From contig JAMOPO010000003.1 in assembly GCA_027064425.1 (NCBI GenBank), positions 1 through 64,000 of the forward strand: a stretch of 64,000 nucleotides of DNA. Reading direction: 5' to 3'. Under the pieces are notes generated by a model. The model ran no database searches, was not told where the DNA came from, and saw only the letters and a list, made by a program, of their open reading frames with translations. This document shows, piece after piece, positions 59,721 through 64,000 of this stretch (its first letter is position 1; the number at the start of each line of letters is the position of its first letter). The translations under genes were made by a program, and so were the position numbers. The DNA comes from Methanobacteriota archaeon (GTDB taxonomy: Archaea > JAADCQ01 > Methanopyri > Methanopyrales > Methanopyraceae).

Positions 59721-59766
59721 GAAGCTAATAAAAGGTTTAGCATTGGTTCACCGCGGTGAACTAACG
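59721..59766 (-). promoter_or_regulatory. TATA box with an adjacent perfect 16-bp palindrome
   Basis: Minus-strand AAACCTTTTATTA; GTTCACCGCGGTGAAC at 59746-59761 directly upstream. Confidence 0.65.
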
Positions 59767-59841
59767 TCAACGCCATTTTAGCAACACTAAAGAAAATCTG
59801 AGTAAGTTGGGAAGAAGCAGCGGGCCCGGCCGGCGCCGGCA

Positions 59842-61347
59842 TCACCGACGCCGGAGCCGCGCCAGCGCCAGCCCCGCCACCGTCAGAACGGGCAGCACCG
59901 GGACGATCCCTCTCTTCTTGGGCCTGGGTACGTAGTCCCAGACGTTCCTGGTGAGGCGCTCCAGGAACACCTCCGGGTGGGAGAACGCCACCGCGCAGAG
60001 GGTGGCGGCCCGCTGCGACGAGGCGGTGACGCTCATGAAGTGCTCCCGGTTGGGATACGGGAACGCGGCCAGGTCATCGTACTGCACGCACTCCCGGTAC
60101 AGCCACTCCTGCTCGGTTTCCAGCGTCGCCCCGAGCCGGTTCAGCTCGCTGATAGCCTCCTGGCCCAGCCCCAGCCGGTTGGCCAGGGCCAGCGACGTCA
60201 GCACGAGCGCCGTGTGCACGACGTAGGGGCCTCGCCCCTTCAGCCTGGTGCTGGTGTAGGCCCACCCGACCGCCTTCTTCCCGTCCACCTGCACGACCGA
60301 GGCATCGCTGTACTTGGCCGCCCAGTCCACGATCGCCTTCAGCGCACGGTTGATGCAGTCCGCCAGCCGGCGCTTGTCCAGTCCCACCTCGTCCGCGACC
60401 ATGTACGCGTAGAGCAGTCCCATCGCGATCTGGGCCTCGGAGGGTGGGGCGTACTCGGATCCCATGATCGCCGCGGCCGTCATCTTCCACAGTCCTGCGT
60501 GCTCTCCGGAGGTCTCCTGGTGCCTCTCCAGCCACTCCACCGCCCTCCGGATGGCCTCCTTGAGCTGCTCCACCGTCCGGTCACTCAGCCCGATCAGGTC
60601 CCGGTACAGGTACGCCTCGCACAGGGCCCTCAGCGCCCAACCGGTGTACAGCGGGTCCGGCGTCTTCGACCACGATCGGTTCGCACTGAACCCACCGTCC
60701 TCCAGCTGCTGGTCGAGGAGGAATCGCACGGCGGCCTGCGTGCACTTGGCCACGTCGTACCGTGATGGGCCGAGCGAGACGGTGCGGATGTTCAGCCTTA
60801 GCGCCGGGATCAGCACCTCCGACAGTATCTGGGCCGTCCGGAGCACGTGTCCCCGACCTCCCGGGAACCTCACCTTACCCTCCGTGAGCACCACCTTCCA
60901 GCCCCAGCCACCGTCCGGCTGCTGCAGCGACAGCAGCTTGGCCAGCGCGGTGGTGACCGCGGTTGCCATCCTGGACCGGTACGGCTCCGGCCACCGCTTG
61001 ACGTTCACCTCACCGCTGAGCAGGGCCGCGTAGATCGAGCTGAGCGCGGAGTACGTGCCGTAGATCACCTCACCCGACGTCTCCCACCGCGCGCGCCCGT
61101 ACTTGCCCGTCCAGTAAACGCAGTCCTTCGACGCGTGCAGTCGGATGTGGCCCGGGAGCAGGTAGTGCCTCGGGTCCTGCCTCGACTTCGCCTGCTGGGC
61201 CAGCTTCTCGGCCTCGTCCAGGGCCACCCAGTAGCGCGCGGCCTTGTCGATCACCGGGCCCCAGTCGACCGACGCCGACGCCGGCCACAGCAGGCAGCAC
61301 ACCAGCACCGGCACGGCGACCGCCGACCACCTCACGGCCTCGCTCAA
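59842..61347 (-). CDS. Exported prenyltransferase/squalene-cyclase-repeat (alpha/alpha barrel) protein with C-terminal anchor
   Basis: Signal peptide; QW-type repeats LLSLQQPDGGWG, LLDQQLEDGGF, WLERHQ; tail VPVLPVLTVAGLALARLRRR. Confidence 0.75.
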   Translation of the reverse strand: MSEAVRWSAVAVPVLVCCLLWPASASVDWGPVIDKAARYWVALDEAEKLAQQAKSRQDPRHYLLPGHIRLHASKDCVYWTGKYGRARWETSGEVIYGTYSALSSIYAALLSGEVNVKRWPEPYRSRMATAVTTALAKLLSLQQPDGGWGWKVVLTEGKVRFPGGRGHVLRTAQILSEVLIPALRLNIRTVSLGPSRYDVAKCTQAAVRFLLDQQLEDGGFSANRSWSKTPDPLYTGWALRALCEAYLYRDLIGLSDRTVEQLKEAIRRAVEWLERHQETSGEHAGLWKMTAAAIMGSEYAPPSEAQIAMGLLYAYMVADEVGLDKRRLADCINRALKAIVDWAAKYSDASVVQVDGKKAVGWAYTSTRLKGRGPYVVHTALVLTSLALANRLGLGQEAISELNRLGATLETEQEWLYRECVQYDDLAAFPYPNREHFMSVTASSQRAATLCAVAFSHPEVFLERLTRNVWDYVPRPKKRGIVPVLPVLTVAGLALARLRRR

Positions 61348-61403
61348 CCCCCTGCAAACAATATTTAGACCGCGTTGAGTTCCGCCCGGGGCGATCGGTA
61401 AAC

Positions 61404-64000
61404 TTGGCTGTAAAAGAGTTACGTTCGACTTTACCTCTCGCGGCGTTGGTGACGGCGCTCGCGGTCCTGGTCGGGGCCGCGGACGCCGCCCGGGTGCACG
61501 TGGTGCTGTTCACGAACGCGCCTCTTCCGGGGCTGAAGGAGGCGGAGCGCCAGGCCCACGCGTTCGTCAGCGTCTACCCGATCCCGAGGCAGCCCGAGGA
61601 CGCTTCGAGGATGCCCTGGGATCGGATCGTCCGGGACGTTTCCTCCGCCGATGTCGTGGTGATCGACGCGATGGGTGGCCTCCCTTCGGTCCTGATTCAC
61701 GAGCTCTCGGCCCGGATGGGCGCCCGGACGAGCGACCCCTCAGCGCTCGTGCGGTCGATCGCGCGCCGCGTTCCGGTGGTCATGCTGGTCGCGTCCAAGC
61801 CCGAGCGCTCCGTCGTTGAGATCCGAGGCGGCAGGCTGGCGAGCGTGGCGAGGGCCGGGACCGGCGTCCCGGAGGCGGTGGCCGCTCACGTCTGGCTGTG
61901 CCTGCACTCCGGCGACCCGGCGGCGCTGCTCACCTTCCTGGTCTGGGTGGCGGACCCCAGCTACCCGACCGATCGCGTGGTACCGCCCCGGCGTCTGGGC
62001 CGGGTGATGCTCTCGGTCTACGTGCCAGGGTCGGGGTACAGGTCGCTGGCGATTCGAGTGGATCCGCAGCGGTTCCACCGGTGGCTGCGAGAGCTGGAGC
62101 GCGGCGGCAAGGGCCTCCTGGTCTACGACGTGCGGCTAGCGCGCGAGCTTCCGGGTTGGGTCGTGGACGCGCTCGACTCGGCGGTGCCGCGGATGAGAGA
62201 CCTGCTGGGTGGGCTTCCGGACGACCTCGTGGTGGTCTTCACGCACGGAGTTTACGCGCTGACCCGAGTCCGCGCGGTGGTGGAGGAGCTCACCGACCGG
62301 CTGGATCGGGCGGCGAGGCGGTACGGGGTCAGGGCGGTCGCCGTCTTCTGCGGACTCGGGGTCGTGACGCCGGCTCAGGTCCTGGACGAGCTGCGCGAGC
62401 TGGGCAAGCGCGTGGAGGTAGTGGTCAGCGCCCGGGCCTTCACGCTCAACTTCCCCAGGCCGGCGGAGTACGTGCTGTCCCGGCTGGACGTTCCGCTGGT
62501 GCAGATCGTCTTCCCGTTCTCGAGCGATGAGAGGATGGCGGTCGGCAGGTACGTGAGCGAGCGGTCCGGCCCGCTGCTGGAGTGGACGTACCAGGTCCAG
62601 CTGGGCTCGGAGCGCGAGGGCGGGTTCTGGTTCCGCGTCCTGTGGCTGAACGCGCCCGAGGGGCCGAGGCTTCTCCCGGGTGCGCCGGACGACCTGGCGG
62701 GCCTGGTCGAGCGGCTGCTCAGGCTGAGAAAGCTGCCGAACCGTGACAAGCGGATCGCCCTCGTCGTGTACTGCTACCCGCCGGGACGCTCGGGGCTGGG
62801 GGCCGCGTACCTAGACGTTCCGCGGAGCCTGGTGCGGCTGCTGGCCGCGCTCGCCGGGGCCGGGTTCGACCTGGGCCCCGCGACTCGGTTCTTCTCTCGG
62901 CTATGGGCCCTGTACCGCGAGAGCCCGGAGAAGGCGAGGCTGCTGGAGAAGGCGCTCTCAACGGTCTTCGGGCTGCTCGCCGCCGGAGTGGATCCGCACC
63001 GTCCCGAGCGCTCGGTGGCGCTGCTGGTGAACGTGGGTCCGTGGAGCGGGCCGGAGCTGAGGAGGATCGTGAGCCTGTACCGGGGCGCTCGCGGGGAGTG
63101 GTCCACCGTCGTGGACGGCGTCCCGGTGCGGGTCATCGTTGATCGCGGCCTGATCACCGTGAGGATCGGCGACCTAGAGTTCACGCTGGGCCGCGTCTCA
63201 TCGGATCAGCTGGTGCCGGCCGATCGAGTGAAGGAGTGGTTCCGAGAGGACGTGCTCCGTCGGCTGAAGGCGTACCTGGACCTGGTGCGCGAGTGCAACC
63301 CCGCCGCCTACGAGCGGGCGCGCCGAGCCATTGAGGGCATGCTGAGGGCCTTCCGAGAGACCTGGGGTCCGGCCACCTCCAACCGCGGGCTGATGATCTG
63401 CGACGGGCACTACCTGGTCCCGGCCCTGGTGATAGGGAAGGTTGCGATCGTGCTGCAGCCGCCCCGGGGCTGGTCCGCCACCTCCACCGTCTACCACTCC
63501 CGAACCCTGCCACCGCACTGGCAGTACATCGCCGCGTACGAGTGGATACGGCGCGTGTTCCGGGCGGACGCGGTGGTTTACGTGGGCACCCACGGCACGT
63601 TCGAGTTCCTGCCCGGGCACGACCGCGGCCTGACGGTCACGGACTGGACGCACCTCCTCCTGCCCGACGTCCCGCAGGCCTACTTCTACATCGTCAGCAA
63701 TCCCGGCGAGGCCCTCCTGGCCAAGTACCGGGCGGGAGCCGTGCTGCTGACGTACCCCTCCCCGCCCACCGGGTACTTCCGGGACTACCGGCGGTACGCG
63801 GAGCTGGAGCGGCTCTGGTCCGAGTACGTTGCGTCCTCGGCCTACGGAGGATATCCGGCCGTCCAGCGTGAGATCCTGAGGAAGATCGTTGAGGAGGCCC
63901 GGAGGCTCGGGCTGCTGGACGAGATCGTGCGCGCGATCTTCCGGGAGCGCGGGCAGGCCCCACCGCCGGATCCGGTTCGGTGGGCGATGGAGCACCCGGA
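61404..64000 (+). CDS. CobN/ChlH-family chelatase with an N-terminal signal peptide (truncated by the window; absent from the ORF track)
   Basis: Open frame from TTG 61404: LPLAALVTALAVLVGAADAA; LRKLPNRDKRIALVVYCYPPG, GAAYLDVPRSL, LQPPRG, PPHWQYIAAYEW, GTHGTFEFLPG, NPGEALLAKYR. Confidence 0.88.
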   Translation, partial: MAVKELRSTLPLAALVTALAVLVGAADAARVHVVLFTNAPLPGLKEAERQAHAFVSVYPIPRQPEDASRMPWDRIVRDVSSADVVVIDAMGGLPSVLIHELSARMGARTSDPSALVRSIARRVPVVMLVASKPERSVVEIRGGRLASVARAGTGVPEAVAAHVWLCLHSGDPAALLTFLVWVADPSYPTDRVVPPRRLGRVMLSVYVPGSGYRSLAIRVDPQRFHRWLRELERGGKGLLVYDVRLARELPGWVVDALDSAVPRMRDLLGGLPDDLVVVFTHGVYALTRVRAVVEELTDRLDRAARRYGVRAVAVFCGLGVVTPAQVLDELRELGKRVEVVVSARAFTLNFPRPAEYVLSRLDVPLVQIVFPFSSDERMAVGRYVSERSGPLLEWTYQVQLGSEREGGFWFRVLWLNAPEGPRLLPGAPDDLAGLVERLLRLRKLPNRDKRIALVVYCYPPGRSGLGAAYLDVPRSLVRLLAALAGAGFDLGPATRFFSRLWALYRESPEKARLLEKALSTVFGLLAAGVDPHRPERSVALLVNVGPWSGPELRRIVSLYRGARGEWSTVVDGVPVRVIVDRGLITVRIGDLEFTLGRVSSDQLVPADRVKEWFREDVLRRLKAYLDLVRECNPAAYERARRAIEGMLRAFRETWGPATSNRGLMICDGHYLVPALVIGKVAIVLQPPRGWSATSTVYHSRTLPPHWQYIAAYEWIRRVFRADAVVYVGTHGTFEFLPGHDRGLTVTDWTHLLLPDVPQAYFYIVSNPGEALLAKYRAGAVLLTYPSPPTGYFRDYRRYAELERLWSEYVASSAYGGYPAVQREILRKIVEEARRLGLLDEIVRAIFRERGQAPPPDPVRWAMEHP

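Noticed and set aside
61418-61434. GTTA-N9-TTAC near the start of the cobN-like gene
   Set aside because: One arm mismatched, no outer arms, and inside coding sequence

Overview
Very GC-rich, gene-dense archaeal chromosome segment, almost certainly from a Methanopyrus-lineage hyperthermophilic methanogen. Evidence: three tRNA genes all encoding C at position 8, a CDAT8-type deaminase-THUMP gene, a selenocysteine F420-reducing hydrogenase with an archaeal SECIS, pseudomurein-type Mur ligases, MtxX and split CarB. Core content: class III RNR, a NIL-ferredoxin/U32 operon, Asp-semialdehyde sulfurtransferase, ThiI, a glycosylation cluster (three GT-C/YfhO-like paralogues, GtrA, phosphohexomutase, NDP-sugar synthase, SIS protein), Top6B, fruAGB, KsgA, DTD2, Taw2-like, ArgG, Elp3 and a hydantoinase B subunit. 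Signals the ORF track misses: (1) five copies of a polar 23-bp palindrome (consensus ATCGTTA-N9-TAACGAT), each just downstream of a minus-strand gene, including all three tRNAs; (2) about six C/D-box and one H/ACA guide RNA candidates, four of them in one array; (3) UGA read-through in FruA; (4) a terminal locus of three exported proteins (CbiX-like chelatase, alpha/alpha-barrel protein, CobN-like chelatase), possibly a cell-surface tetrapyrrole/metal scavenging system. No CRISPR array or mobile element was seen. Product calls rest on motifs recognised by eye; no database search was run, and start codons are best guesses.
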